DNA of 64,000 nt from a virus: the IMG/VR virus record IMGVR_UViG_3300035188_000399, positions 1-64,000 of that record; one strand, given 5' to 3'. Numbering within the stretch: position 1 is the stretch's first letter; each line of letters opens with the position of its first letter. The notes under the pieces are model-generated. The model saw only the letters and a program-made list of their open reading frames with translations. It was not told the origin of the DNA and ran no database searches. Made by a program: the position numbers and the translations under genes. Shown here in pieces: positions 19,701-27,542 of this stretch.

Positions 19701-22390
19701 TAACCTATAGCAGTGCCAATAGCTGTTCCTATTACGCGCCCTATCTTTACACCAATAGACGCACTAGGCAGACTTTCCCACAATGATTCAATACTTGCCC
19801 ATGCATGTACAGCAGATAATACTAGTGTATTTTTAATGAATGAGCCGATTGGTCCATCGGGCATGAATTTTTGAGCTAATAAAGCCGCAAATGTTGCTAC
19901 AAAAGCTTCAGCAAATTGAGGTGCGGTTTTACCTACTGATTTTTCAATGGTATCTGATAGCACACTACCTAAAGACTTTATTTCAGAAACAACCGTCTTA
20001 AACCCTTCGCTTTCAATTACAATATTTATATTAGCTTGCGCTTCACTTATCCATTGTTTAACTTCACTAAATGCAGATTTTATTTTAGTCTTAAATTCTT
20101 CACTATTTAGATAGTCAGGATCTTTAAGCTTATTCCAAACATCAGCAATAGTATCTCCAAATGCAATTGCTTTTTCTTTTAATTCAAGTAAAAATTGTTT
20201 TATATCTTCAAAAGTACTTTTGTATTTATCAACATCAATAACTACTGTTGATGTTTTTAATTCTGATATAAATTGTTTTATAGAACTATATAAACCTTTG
20301 AAAGTAGCAATAACATTTTTAGCAAATGATATAATTTTCCCTAGAGGTCCACTTGATAGTTTTTCTGACGAACTATTAATCTCTGAAATTGTATCTGTCC
20401 AATATGAATGACCAACAACTTTATCCCATATCAGCCTGAAGTAGCCTATTACTGTTTCGGAAAAATTACGTATAGTAGCTGCAGCAGATTTTAATGAAGC
20501 AGAAATATTTATTTTAAAACCTAATTTGCCGGAAATATTTTCTATCTCTGTATTTAAAGCTTTTAAATCTCTGACAATTTGAGTCTTAAGACCATCGAAA
20601 ATACTTTTATACCATATGCTTATTCCATCCGTTTTAAAACTTTCTTTTAATTTTGAAGTTACTTTTTCGCCATATGTTTTAAACAAATCAGTATTTGTTG
20701 TAAAATCTTTAATAGTTCTATATAATAATTTTAGTCTAGATGAAACAAAATTGTAACTAGCATTAAATAAATTGGCATTTAATGAAATATTAATAACGCT
20801 GCCAGTATCACCTATTAACTCTATTAATGCCCATAATCCACGCAATGGAGGAAATATAGCTGCAACTATCTTTGCAAGAATAGTATTAAACGTATCAAAC
20901 TTTTCGGAAACAGCTACTACCATTTCTACTAAGTCTTCTCCTAGTAGCTTACGTAATGCTGTGCCAAGCAGCGTAAGTGGTTTTGTTATAAAATCAAATT
21001 CAGAGAATACTAAATTATTACCTAATGTTTTAAACATCTTTATTATAGGTTTTAATGTTCTATCTACAATTAAATCTCTTAAAGATGTAAAACCGGGAAT
21101 TAATCCACTAAGGTTTAATCCATAGCTAGCGATTGCATTGCCTAGCATTCCCATTAAGTATTGGCCGCCACTTGCAAATGTCTGCCCCATTACATAAAAT
21201 TTAGTTTTGGATTTCTTGATAAAAGTATTTCCCCAGTCTTCATATTCCGAAATTGTCATATTTAACATACTTCCGAATACTTTAGGTAATAGTTTTAGTG
21301 AATCAATAGTTCCTGTAAATAAATTACCCTTGTCAAATGCTTTTAATAGTTTACCAGTATTTTCTAAATTAGTAAAAACTCTTCTAATTACATTAACAGC
21401 AGCATATTCCATTTCATGCCACATATTAATTAAAAATTTTTCAATACCTGACGCAGCTAAAATAGTCTTTACTAGGGCCATTGCTTTATTAAAAGCAAAT
21501 ATAAATGGATAAAAAGCATTAGATAATCTTGGAGACCATTCTCTCCAAAATATATTCATATTTAATGACATTAATTTAATATCATCAGCTAAGGCTGATG
21601 CGCTTTGACCGGCTTTAAAGAATAGATTTCCCAGTCCTGAAGATATACCAAAACTTTTTGAAATTTCATTAAATAATATTGAGAAAGATTCTCTTGCTTT
21701 ATCAATCCCGCTGCCTAAAGTTGCTCCAGTTAATTTAAATTTTTTCTCAATTGCTGTAGATTGTGTGAGTAAAGCATTAAACACTACTTCTGAAGTTATG
21801 CGGCCTTGGTTAGCCATTTCACGTAATGCGCCTACTGAAATATTTAAAGAGTCAGCAATCATTTGCGCAACAGGTAAAGCTTGTTCCATTATAGAATTAA
21901 ATTCTTCACCGCGTAAAACACCTGAACCTAGTGCTTGCCCCAATTGCATCATTGCAGCTTTAAATCCTTCAGTAGAACCTCCTGCAACCATACCGGCCAT
22001 TTGCAATGACTTAGCGGCTTTTGAAATTGATTCAGATGAAGCATTTAATGATGAACTTGCAATACCCAGTTTAGCAAAAATCTGAGCAGTACTTTCAAAA
22101 GTAGAACGTGTCTCATTGGCAATTTTCTGTACTTCAATATATGCGGCACCAAACTCTTTAGTAGCTCCTGTGACTAATCTTATATTATTTTCAATAGATG
22201 TAAAAGTAGAATCAATTTGTGTTAATGCAACAATTGTTCCACCTACTGATAAAGCACCTGCTAACTTAGAAAATCCTGAAGTTACACTTGATACACTTTT
22301 ACTAATACTGCTTACAGAATTATTTAAATGCTCTAAATCTCTTTGGGCCTTGTCGACCCTTGCTTCGACATCAATTACAATGCCTGACAT
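10712..22390 (-). CDS. Tape measure protein (3892 aa) with lytic transglycosylase domain
   Basis: N-terminal QLGQALGSGVLRGEEFNSIMEQ tape-measure motif, hydrophobic helical middle, SLT motifs QHES/GLGQ/AYAAG, C-terminal FATGG...TSDSIPAMLS repeats. Confidence 0.93.
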   Translation of the reverse strand: MSGIVIDVEARVDKAQRDLEHLNNSVSSISKSVSSVTSGFSKLAGALSVGGTIVALTQIDSTFTSIENNIRLVTGATKEFGAAYIEVQKIANETRSTFESTAQIFAKLGIASSSLNASSESISKAAKSLQMAGMVAGGSTEGFKAAMMQLGQALGSGVLRGEEFNSIMEQALPVAQMIADSLNISVGALREMANQGRITSEVVFNALLTQSTAIEKKFKLTGATLGSGIDKARESFSILFNEISKSFGISSGLGNLFFKAGQSASALADDIKLMSLNMNIFWREWSPRLSNAFYPFIFAFNKAMALVKTILAASGIEKFLINMWHEMEYAAVNVIRRVFTNLENTGKLLKAFDKGNLFTGTIDSLKLLPKVFGSMLNMTISEYEDWGNTFIKKSKTKFYVMGQTFASGGQYLMGMLGNAIASYGLNLSGLIPGFTSLRDLIVDRTLKPIIKMFKTLGNNLVFSEFDFITKPLTLLGTALRKLLGEDLVEMVVAVSEKFDTFNTILAKIVAAIFPPLRGLWALIELIGDTGSVINISLNANLFNASYNFVSSRLKLLYRTIKDFTTNTDLFKTYGEKVTSKLKESFKTDGISIWYKSIFDGLKTQIVRDLKALNTEIENISGKLGFKINISASLKSAAATIRNFSETVIGYFRLIWDKVVGHSYWTDTISEINSSSEKLSSGPLGKIISFAKNVIATFKGLYSSIKQFISELKTSTVVIDVDKYKSTFEDIKQFLLELKEKAIAFGDTIADVWNKLKDPDYLNSEEFKTKIKSAFSEVKQWISEAQANINIVIESEGFKTVVSEIKSLGSVLSDTIEKSVGKTAPQFAEAFVATFAALLAQKFMPDGPIGSFIKNTLVLSAVHAWASIESLWESLPSASIGVKIGRVIGTAIGTAIGYLITELPSILKQVFGFLGGFGQGLLEGLFPIGGFVSGIFTLLEGMGLNTAFGLIGTWLFGSKVLSLFGMLGLFTEKIAALSALTAGVGRFFAGNLGSSASTWAASPLAFISRELFGPGRKTMMLGMTALALDMLGAFDVVFKDSPLTHTIFQIITGGFAIYGKEVFSYITKGVLFPMINELAIAIAPYSVRLATLLFSLVIPPLNPGAPFLEKMFSKSLIFIEELMSNLGILLLFIKDIAFAFIKVFDFAKFMRVGAILAVTTALGYLIANLKELNKLPETKVDVAQADLPKKDMYTQLVANMQENKNLSTTVFDPNTATASADTTMTDATYFRSRWDQIKDGWQSLKDKWSEGVDNFTENVIRKNTPSSFDQSELDSMLMGPKLPKTGLDSTMEAMKKIWGDRKAEFEKFVIAVQAGDFNKPSVPEQTFLNKELTGTGGFKYNLETQKAINPTADAMADAGQSIVKELIPLNIVLDNLSGAVKGDISYFDAFTESVTGLWKGFRQLRHDIGAPFVELAKALSTFGNTAMLVGMLSAILLMIKAAVHFANKLSAAVGVEAINLQILNFIKNALLFRAAIVGVEGIIIVWSVAIGIAIAAFSDFSDYMSSSMTQLQAKLQQYTQEIGDAVVASGVSFSLLSAIGWDVVYNLLAAVGRALLFVTIKFRKVIWETVKLTYTLVEATAFAFFDLIKALFTMDFAPFVARLKATVDTVKTLFATFASTKAFFVISFAFIGYETFINYYSKAGEQAGYGFVDAFIEAISNKTTQLLAYLGVMLLSFRSIINAQFTSILTLPVSLLGTAMGGITRIAASLAGGFAGEYIANVMLHRPELEGIGNLIGAIIGWKLGKSLSTAIIESAMSPLKKGFIGLLIAGITLAFAIFEGFVNTSKSWSENLSDVIVKLKEILGFKYEPMDITSGLSKQQKGLLATAGVSISYDLSQVNRELLTPKVREGLDGAVSKFADSIDDFRKTSIEGSRDEIDKSIEDLQARNRAVEIWAQRAVAESKFDIQKGIPKLKESLKIGELTNEQKAVYGFNSKVANQEIASKIGSNKLPEADLYQIDVKLNDTSLTMVLDDINKSFERNTSAITAPFDESIRNALTTLNKATPALISSVKEALPFANPEIKSQKYLDENIYKNSEAIKPLIAELNNLVIARNKYIWQMEDAAKSQQKFNKTISDAKAIGIKIDSNSFIMTDELAGKFNSLTASIKRLDQQAQETDNTDVRVNLKITAESLKQYGQALADKNASADKSIRESIKGYSEELGFQLPKAFENLPKTDLEGPLAAVRDTKFKATIGKVALPEIPEKPGLMSQLEGTAQYKKLQDEYNNILQIRKDIEEAGNTTSLDLEITKYSELQKLMEKAKTNPLTAKLLTDEALLSNSINRVTSEYAGYTKEKIDSIGIELADINLQKQIYKDNGEKLAELNSRAENLVSSIKSVDLVPLKESFGVFISEISDKEIQLISPEQAEILRQSALHIANLKEQLTALAKTPNSADKQREIYQQIVAEEDRGRKVAVESSLARKGTLTSGRLSAAADLMNRKYVNQDSLMTLFGMNAAIESLKEKISSTKDPELFVQWKNELNSAEKNLERFKSTFDDITSKTSNVRDIFKTDITDRDLAKLPNGIVRGLIGAAQKFKIELEDALSQSGDEFSDKAKNLFGKLKEIERAGTFITFFKDLANSVEESFTDGIDASLAKIKAGLPELNISAYRLSAMSDQGKGLASEASNLSMLNRIAGMSGLSDAQKEILNRFDKTNSAEILKKLTDDFLSKGSDLNKMLQTPLENSIDATKTLTTSLDNLGIKVDELAGSMATKSLEVPAKETPSVLSPYMPEAKPSTGPRTSSWLDSAMDKIHSTIKSPAAKPVFEANVEKWSDLINDAIKEFPGVTAEMVKTVVQHESQGYNIPAKVKPGVIDTSFGLGQINNATAKFLGVDKTNEADSLRGIAKYLYLNLQMFKNIPDAFRAYAAGQTGAKLGRGYDKQEEFMAIYEGRAGIKAGKAVAMEGRKPTEPSEQKVSNVSLSKFQATSAQAAQEATIKYTSEKARFDEIRNKFGENIRGALVDFGVVDKELANKLGEESVQFLLGITEDINTKTDMINAAASKGQPVEGFLSSLNQLTTLRTSYNEGLNANQPSNRMLNFVAFEKGAGKNVDAVLDKFSGLGKDIVSSMNPAEKATLRAMSIYRESLQDKLDSEKKSGLSTVDTAKKITDLDEKMKEMGDSVTEAANAAKEAGKTFADSFTSTFKDAFKGLLNQQKDEDKSVLGTFGSKLMTGIKDQVVDMFTNSFTNTIGLGKNGPLSRAFNNAGKGISSMFSGIGSGIKDIFTGNMTWDKFSGGISGWWDDLTKKDISNMSPEEIQMSASKIFADAVNKFAGLSGGAGGSGGGSNLPSSLPNIKADTGNFFTNMFEPGGIFGDDLQSGTPGADNFVGPIQPGSQGGSDFVGPLQGTTTGADSFGFGIEEWFKNLDFGFAATGGKISGPGTGTSDSIPTMLSNGEFIINAKDTKENIALLEAINSGKVLRRSAGGIISGLAGVAGAAGNLAGAGGNSTLGGAIGIAGALGNFLNLLNGNPSDKLLQAAIHLEAAATALETAVSAGGLGGAVDKMAGVFDAKTANSLGVSNGIDANGNNINYAPGTIPEGMTNLSRQTGMDSAQTFALPDSGGGPTDITPLIGSGTMNGSPAPLAGMIGEPGSGGGIFDFFKNLDFSKMFGAFGFATGGQVTGAGTATSDSIPAMLSNGEFVVNAAATRKNLPMLMGINNGEVEHHFLGALAGVMSIASSGMSIGQQAASMADGGGGGGGGGIMDMIMKLLGPIFKMIGPLAKIFPAIGNLFGGGGGFDGIGNIFGGGSGGGGGALSADSLGFSSLSMATGGTVTGPGTSTSDSIPAMLSTGEFVVRASAASQHRNLLHQINNGQIPTFATGGLVNASSSVMATPTTRSAKPVVSMSTGKGKTQQVINLNITGDISRQTKSEIYKMMPSIADGVNSQNRETGYKR

Positions 22391-22406
22391 CTTTTATACT
22401 CCTTAT

Positions 22407-22444
22407 AAAAAACCCCTTAGGAATCATTAGATTCTTCAGGGGTG
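22407..22444 (-). terminator. Putative terminator upstream of tape measure
   Basis: ACCCC...GGGGT stem with U-tract on the minus strand. Confidence 0.5.
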
Positions 22445-22451
22445 TGTTGTC

Positions 22452-22748
22452 TTAATTAGCTGATGTTACAATGACACCATTTGCGTCTACTTCTGAGAAG
22501 GACAACAAAGTTCTCTCAATAAAATGAGATGGCGCTTGTGTGCTAGAACCTGCATTTAGTTCATCAATATATTCTACATGATTAACTATACGTCCGTCTT
22601 CTATCTTCCATCCGTCTCTGGCATTACCTGTATCTACAGGTGTAGCATCTTTCAAAGCATCAATTAGTTTATGTAACTCCGCTTCTTTGTTGTTTTCGAA
22701 TTTCTTTACTAACTCTTTTTTGAAATTCATATTTATTTTTACAGACAA
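22452..22748 (-). CDS. HK97 gp10-like tail completion protein
   Basis: TPVDTGNARDGW, NHVEYI...GSSTQAP; TTG start with GGAGG RBS. Confidence 0.75.
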   Translation of the reverse strand: MSVKINMNFKKELVKKFENNKEAELHKLIDALKDATPVDTGNARDGWKIEDGRIVNHVEYIDELNAGSSTQAPSHFIERTLLSFSEVDANGVIVTSAN

Positions 22749-22749
22749 A

Positions 22750-23100
22750 TTATCCTCCAAATAAATTTTCGCCACCAGAGGCGCTTGCAAGTTTTTGAAA
22801 GAATCCAGAACGTTTAAAGCTATTAGCATCAAAGTCACCGTCTTTCTTATTAGATTTTGGATTGTAAATAGCATCTAATGAAGTAAAAAGTTGCCAAGGT
22901 TTTTCTTTAACACCTTGCACTTGAATTAATTTAGCTGCTCTATCATCTGCTCGCCACTCTATTGGTCTTTGTTCTAAATAACTAAACCAACCTAGCATCT
23001 CCTCATAAGTCATTTCTTCATAGATTTGATACACTGGCATTTTGAGATGAAAAGCTAATTCAAATATCGGTAACTCTTCTGCACTTAAGATGACTTTCCC
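22750..23100 (-). CDS. Tail assembly chaperone GT C-terminal part, reached by -1 frameshift
   Basis: The -1 frame from GGGAAAG (23094-23100) is open and in frame with ORF 22750..23040. Confidence 0.85.
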   Translation of the reverse strand, partial: GKVILSAEELPIFELAFHLKMPVYQIYEEMTYEEMLGWFSYLEQRPIEWRADDRAAKLIQVQGVKEKPWQLFTSLDAIYNPKSNKKDGDFDANSFKRSGFFQKLASASGGENLFGG

Positions 23101-23408
23101 GCGTCTTGACCTTGGCCTAGACCTGAATATTTCATAATTTCATTAGAGAGTTTTGATAATTCATCCATAGGGAAACTATCGAAATCTGAATCATCAAGAT
23201 CAGCACCACCATCGACAGCTGAACGAACAACTGATTTGAGTAATTCTAAACCTGCATTTTCATCTTTCTCAGCGTCTTTGGCTTTGTTTTGAATATCTAA
23301 AACTTCTGAAACAGATAGTTTAGAAATCTTAACATCACTGCCTAAGAATTTAACTGTTTTAGTCATACGTTGACCAACAAGTGCTTTAATACCTTTTGCT
23401 TCTGACAT
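23085..23408 (-). CDS. Tail assembly chaperone G
   Basis: Between tail tube and tape measure; ends GCG GGA AAG TCA TCT TAA. Confidence 0.85.
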   Translation of the reverse strand: MSEAKGIKALVGQRMTKTVKFLGSDVKISKLSVSEVLDIQNKAKDAEKDENAGLELLKSVVRSAVDGGADLDDSDFDSFPMDELSKLSNEIMKYSGLGQGQDAGKSS

Positions 23409-23409
23409 G

Positions 23410-23625
23410 TTACTTACCTTGATTAATTTTGCGTTCATCTAGTTGTGCTCGCATTTGATGTAAAATTGAGAGTGTTTCGAAAGCTTCAGTTTTCTTATCT
23501 GGAGTTAGCGAATCATCTTTCGTTCTTTCGAATGTTTTATTAATACTAATATCAATACTTTTAAGCATGTGTTTGACAGTGATGCCAACGACATACTCTA
23601 AGCTGAATGGTTTATCTTGAGCCAT
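23410..23625 (-). CDS. Hypothetical protein in tail operon
   Basis: 71-aa ORF with AGGA RBS. Confidence 0.65.
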   Translation of the reverse strand: MAQDKPFSLEYVVGITVKHMLKSIDISINKTFERTKDDSLTPDKKTEAFETLSILHQMRAQLDERKINQGK

Positions 23626-23640
23626 ATAGGTTCCTAATAG

Positions 23641-23668
23641 AAAAGTGGAGGGTACCGAAATACCCTCC
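23641..23668 (-). terminator. Terminator after major tail gene
   Basis: GGAGGGTA/TACCCTCC stem with UUCGG-containing loop and U-tract. Confidence 0.7.
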
Positions 23669-23679
23669 TTAAATAATGC

Positions 23680-24294
23680 TTAAGGCCCTACGGTCCAAGC
23701 ACCTTTAATATCTGATTGAACAGTAATTGTTAATTTTGCAGTCATTGCATCTGTCAAGCTTGGTGTTACTTCTAATGCTTCAAATTTACCTAAGAAGTAA
23801 TAAGAAGAGTTTTTAACAGAACCAATACCGTTTGCAACAGCTTTGTGGTTTGAAGGCTCAGCATCCATTAAAGTGAATCTGAACAATCTTAAAATACCAT
23901 CACCAATTTTAGGTGCAGTTGCAGTTGGGTTGGTAACACTAGCAGTACCACCTAAATAGCTGTCTGCCCATAAGTCTGGGATATAGTTAAGTGTGATTTC
24001 CATTGTTGGAGAATCAGCTTGACCTTGAATTTGTTTAGATGTTTTAGAACCGTATTCAGGAACTTTAACAACGTTAGCAGGAAGACCAATTGCAGGGAAT
24101 TCTTTAATGTGCGTAATACGCATAAATTCGTTAGCATCGCCTGTAGCTGCAGCATCAAAATAAGATGTTACGGTAGAAGCGCTTGTAAAGGCTGCAAAAG
24201 TGTTTTCTACATCAGAAGTTTTAGCGCCAAGTGATGTTAAGCTGACAGATAAGTCAGTGAAACGAGCTGCGCCAAGTGTATCAATATGTGCCAT
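23680..24294 (-). CDS. Major tail (tube) protein
   Basis: IKEFPAIG...VPEYG...QIQGQADSPTMEITLNY; position in tail block. Confidence 0.85.
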   Translation of the reverse strand: MAHIDTLGAARFTDLSVSLTSLGAKTSDVENTFAAFTSASTVTSYFDAAATGDANEFMRITHIKEFPAIGLPANVVKVPEYGSKTSKQIQGQADSPTMEITLNYIPDLWADSYLGGTASVTNPTATAPKIGDGILRLFRFTLMDAEPSNHKAVANGIGSVKNSSYYFLGKFEALEVTPSLTDAMTAKLTITVQSDIKGAWTVGP

Positions 24295-24310
24295 TTTAAT
24301 TCCTTTAAAT

Positions 24311-24724
24311 TTAAGTAGGACTTCCGTAGAAGTTGAAATCAATTGTATAAGTACTCTTATGTATCACAGGCAATGCTTTGTCAGGCCCATTATGAACCAA
24401 ACTGCTAATACCGAATTGTGTTACTTTACCTGTACTTGTTGTTTTAGATTTATCTAGAAGATATTTATCTAAAGTATCTGCGATAATCATAGCACGTCTT
24501 GTGCCAGAGCCTGCAGCAGTAAATATATCAATTATTAGAATACCTGCTAATGAATATCTATCTATAGGTTTTCCACTAGGTATCACTGATACGCGAATAA
24601 ATTCATCATTAGTAGTATTCATAACTACAAAATTTGTCGGGAATGTTTTTATGTTTTCAGCTTTCCACTCAGTAGAATTAAAAACTGAATAAACGTCTCT
24701 CTCTAATATTTCGTACTTACCCAT
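24311..24724 (-). CDS. Tail terminator protein
   Basis: GILIIDIFTAAGSG motif; directly upstream of tail tube. Confidence 0.65.
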   Translation of the reverse strand: MGKYEILERDVYSVFNSTEWKAENIKTFPTNFVVMNTTNDEFIRVSVIPSGKPIDRYSLAGILIIDIFTAAGSGTRRAMIIADTLDKYLLDKSKTTSTGKVTQFGISSLVHNGPDKALPVIHKSTYTIDFNFYGSPT

Positions 24725-24726
24725 AA

Positions 24727-25071
24727 TTATACCTCATGAAATAATTCGACAACAGAAATATGGTTATTAGATGTAATCATATTTCCAAAATGCCACTTAT
24801 CACCATCTATATAAACATGGTCAGTCATTGAAAACGGTCCGACTTCTTTTGTTTTAAACATAATAGTCATCGTTTTTGCTTCTGGAGTTTTAGACGTCTT
24901 TGTAATAATTATTTTTGTCGTTATCGAAGGTATAGTCGTTTCATTAACTTCACCAGTACTAAAATCAAACTCTGAATTGGTTGTTTTAGTGAAAGTTGCT
25001 TCAATAGCTAGATCTTTAGCTGCATTAAAAGCTTTATTTAGTGCATTACCAATTAATGAATTATAAGACAT
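24727..25071 (-). CDS. Head closure / head-tail joining protein
   Basis: Synteny, size, FDFSTGE motif. Confidence 0.6.
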   Translation of the reverse strand: MSYNSLIGNALNKAFNAAKDLAIEATFTKTTNSEFDFSTGEVNETTIPSITTKIIITKTSKTPEAKTMTIMFKTKEVGPFSMTDHVYIDGDKWHFGNMITSNNHISVVELFHEV

Positions 25072-25553
25072 TAATTAGCCCTCCACCATGTTCTCTTGCC
25101 GCTATTCCGGAGTAACGGTTTGATAAGTGTCTTAACAACCATAGGAATTTTATCCGCAGGTCTAATGACGCTAAGCTTTAAGCCACTAAGTTCTAAGTCT
25201 TTGATTAAACCAGTGTTGTCGAGTAATCCATCATTATTTAATAAATGATAAGCTAACTCATAAGTAGCTTTAACTACTCTTTGATCAACATCAGTAGAAA
25301 TTAAAGGAACAAGTATACCTAATTTGGGATCAAAGTATTCACCATCTTTACGAGGATGTGCAAGTAACTGATTTGGACTTGTAGCTACTCCAATCCAATC
25401 CAATTCATCCAACATAAATGTAGCAGTGCATAATGATTGCTCTTTCTGTACATCAGGGGCATCAGTCCAAGCTGCTACATCTAATCTATTTTCGAAATAA
25501 ATATTGGCCTCAGTTACAGTAGCATTTGAAGTAACGCCTTTAACTAGTGCCAT
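25071..25553 (-). CDS. Head-tail adaptor
   Basis: First gene after capsid; ATVTEANIYF...LAHPR...VVKATYELA. Confidence 0.65.
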   Translation of the reverse strand: MALVKGVTSNATVTEANIYFENRLDVAAWTDAPDVQKEQSLCTATFMLDELDWIGVATSPNQLLAHPRKDGEYFDPKLGILVPLISTDVDQRVVKATYELAYHLLNNDGLLDNTGLIKDLELSGLKLSVIRPADKIPMVVKTLIKPLLRNSGKRTWWRAN

Positions 25554-25563
25554 AACTTACTCC

Positions 25564-26787
25564 TTAAGAATGGAATACAGGCAAGATACCTAATGATAAT
25601 GCAGATTGTGTTTTACGTGTCCACACACCTCTTGTGCTGCCAATAACAGATGCTGCAGTAAGTGCTTTAGTAACACCGCCTTCAACAACACCCATATAGT
25701 CAGCATCAGATGGGAATGCAGTTTTAGCACCATTCCAATCGTAACCAGCAGGAGCTAATACATAACCCCAACGATTCCAGATAGAAGTTGTACCGCCACC
25801 TTTATATTTGTTAGCATCACGGTATACTTCAACAGAATCAGGTACAGTTAAGTTTTCCATAGCGATTGCACCAGGCAATACAATGAAAGAAGTTTTAGTA
25901 CCTACTACGTCAACACCAGCACCTGTATTGATTTTAGTCAATTCAGCAGATGATAATGATTGTGAAGCACGTGTAGTAATTAAACGGAATTTACCGTTAA
26001 AGATTGTGTTAAAGTTAATGTTACCATCAACAATAGTTGTTTCGTCAACAAAGTTAGCTGAACGGAATGAAGCCAAAGTTTCAGGAGATACAACTAAGTA
26101 TGCCCAATCTGGTTCATAGTCTTTGAATGCCATACCAAATGCATTTAAGAAACCTTCAGCACGTGACGCGCCTTGGTATGCATAGTTAGTAGCGCCTGCA
26201 GGTGAAACACCATTAGCAGTAGTAATTTTGTTTGTACCAAGATCAACATAGAAACCATAAGATTTATCTGCAGGATCATTGGTGAATGTTTGACCGCCTA
26301 CACCAGTTACACCTGTACCTGTGGCAGCACCATTCAATAATTCAGAAACAGCAACACCTTTTAACACAGAAAGAATAGCATTGTGTTCGTCTTGAGCACG
26401 GGTTTCACCGAAGTCACGACCAATTTTAGCTAAACCGTCTTGTTGTGTTACGATTTGTTGCATATTAACTTTTTCAGCACCATGTGTACGCACAGTTTTA
26501 ATGTATGTGCTGTAGTCAGTGTCATAGTTAGTTTTTGTACCATCTGTAGAGTCAGTTAATGACGCAACATTGATAGTTGGGTTTAATGGTTTGAACCAAC
26601 GCATTTGACCGATAAAGGTTTCTGTGCTAGTGTCAATTTGTGGATTAGAAGAAGTGATACCTGTACCAGATAATTTCTTTGCAGTGGTGTAAGCTTCATC
26701 GCTATAAGCACCAATCGCTTCTTGTAATACATAGTTATTATTTAAACCCGAAACCCCTGTAGGGAGGGTTAAAGTTGAAGCACCCAT
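25564..26787 (-). CDS. Major capsid protein
   Basis: 407 aa, downstream of scaffold, strongly biased codon usage. Confidence 0.85.
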   Translation of the reverse strand: MGASTLTLPTGVSGLNNNYVLQEAIGAYSDEAYTTAKKLSGTGITSSNPQIDTSTETFIGQMRWFKPLNPTINVASLTDSTDGTKTNYDTDYSTYIKTVRTHGAEKVNMQQIVTQQDGLAKIGRDFGETRAQDEHNAILSVLKGVAVSELLNGAATGTGVTGVGGQTFTNDPADKSYGFYVDLGTNKITTANGVSPAGATNYAYQGASRAEGFLNAFGMAFKDYEPDWAYLVVSPETLASFRSANFVDETTIVDGNINFNTIFNGKFRLITTRASQSLSSAELTKINTGAGVDVVGTKTSFIVLPGAIAMENLTVPDSVEVYRDANKYKGGGTTSIWNRWGYVLAPAGYDWNGAKTAFPSDADYMGVVEGGVTKALTAASVIGSTRGVWTRKTQSALSLGILPVFHS

Positions 26788-26808
26788 CTTTTATTTTCCT
26801 TAAAGTAT

Positions 26809-27447
26809 TTATTTCCTGCGAAGTGACCCTTCAGCAGCACGTTTAAGTACTTCATCTTGTGATAAGTTGAATAAAGATTTATTCGAAGTATCTTGAGAAG
26901 TACTGCTAGAACTTGTCTGACCTGCCCCTGTCGAAACTTTTGGTTTGAATAAGAAAGAATTATTATCGTCTTCAGAAAATTGTTTTATAAAGGTTCTTAG
27001 ATCAGTTCCTGATTTATGCACCCATACTCCATTTTCATTTTGTATAAGTTGCGATGCCACATCCATATATGCCATATCTGCAGCTTTATCACTCCTAAAC
27101 GTATACCCACTAAGAATAGATTTTACTTCTAAGTCCCTAGCAAGTTCTATGTTACGTTTTGTTATCGTTTCCAATTTAGCATTGGCTTCCGCTAACTGAA
27201 GTTCATAAGCTTCTTTATGTTTTCCTTCTTCTTGAAGTCTTTTTAATTCAGCTTCTTTTTCTTTTTGTTCATACTCTGCAGCTTTCTTTAACGCGTCGTC
27301 ACGTTCCTTATAAGCATTATCAAGTTTGGACTTAATAGGTTTAAGAGCTTCCTGGATTTTCGAGTCCACATCATCCACAGGAGGATTGGAAGGAGCAGGA
27401 GGCGGAGTAGTATTGTTAGTTTCTTCTTGTTCGACATTTTCGGTCAT
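26809..27447 (-). CDS. Capsid scaffolding protein
   Basis: Acidic/proline-rich N-terminus, coiled coil, FLFKPKVSTGAG tail; upstream of capsid. Confidence 0.8.
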   Translation of the reverse strand: MTENVEQEETNNTTPPPAPSNPPVDDVDSKIQEALKPIKSKLDNAYKERDDALKKAAEYEQKEKEAELKRLQEEGKHKEAYELQLAEANAKLETITKRNIELARDLEVKSILSGYTFRSDKAADMAYMDVASQLIQNENGVWVHKSGTDLRTFIKQFSEDDNNSFLFKPKVSTGAGQTSSSSTSQDTSNKSLFNLSQDEVLKRAAEGSLRRK

Positions 27448-27460
27448 TGGTAATTTCCTT

Positions 27461-27503
27461 TGAGTACAACTCAGTTACATAGAACAGATACAATCTGCCC
27501 TAT
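27461..27503 (-). promoter_or_regulatory. Twin UGU-loop hairpins in scaffold leader
   Basis: AUAGGGCAGAU-UGU-AUCUGUUCUAU and UGAGU-UGU-ACUCA abutting the AAGGA RBS. Confidence 0.5.
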
Positions 27504-27523
27504 AGGATATTTTGTTTTAATGT

Positions 27524-27542
27524 TTAGGGTTAATTTAACGGG
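27524..27542 (-). promoter_or_regulatory. Conserved motif class I (CCCGTTAAATTAACCCTAA)
   Basis: Exact 19-mer, five copies, all intergenic. Confidence 0.75.
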
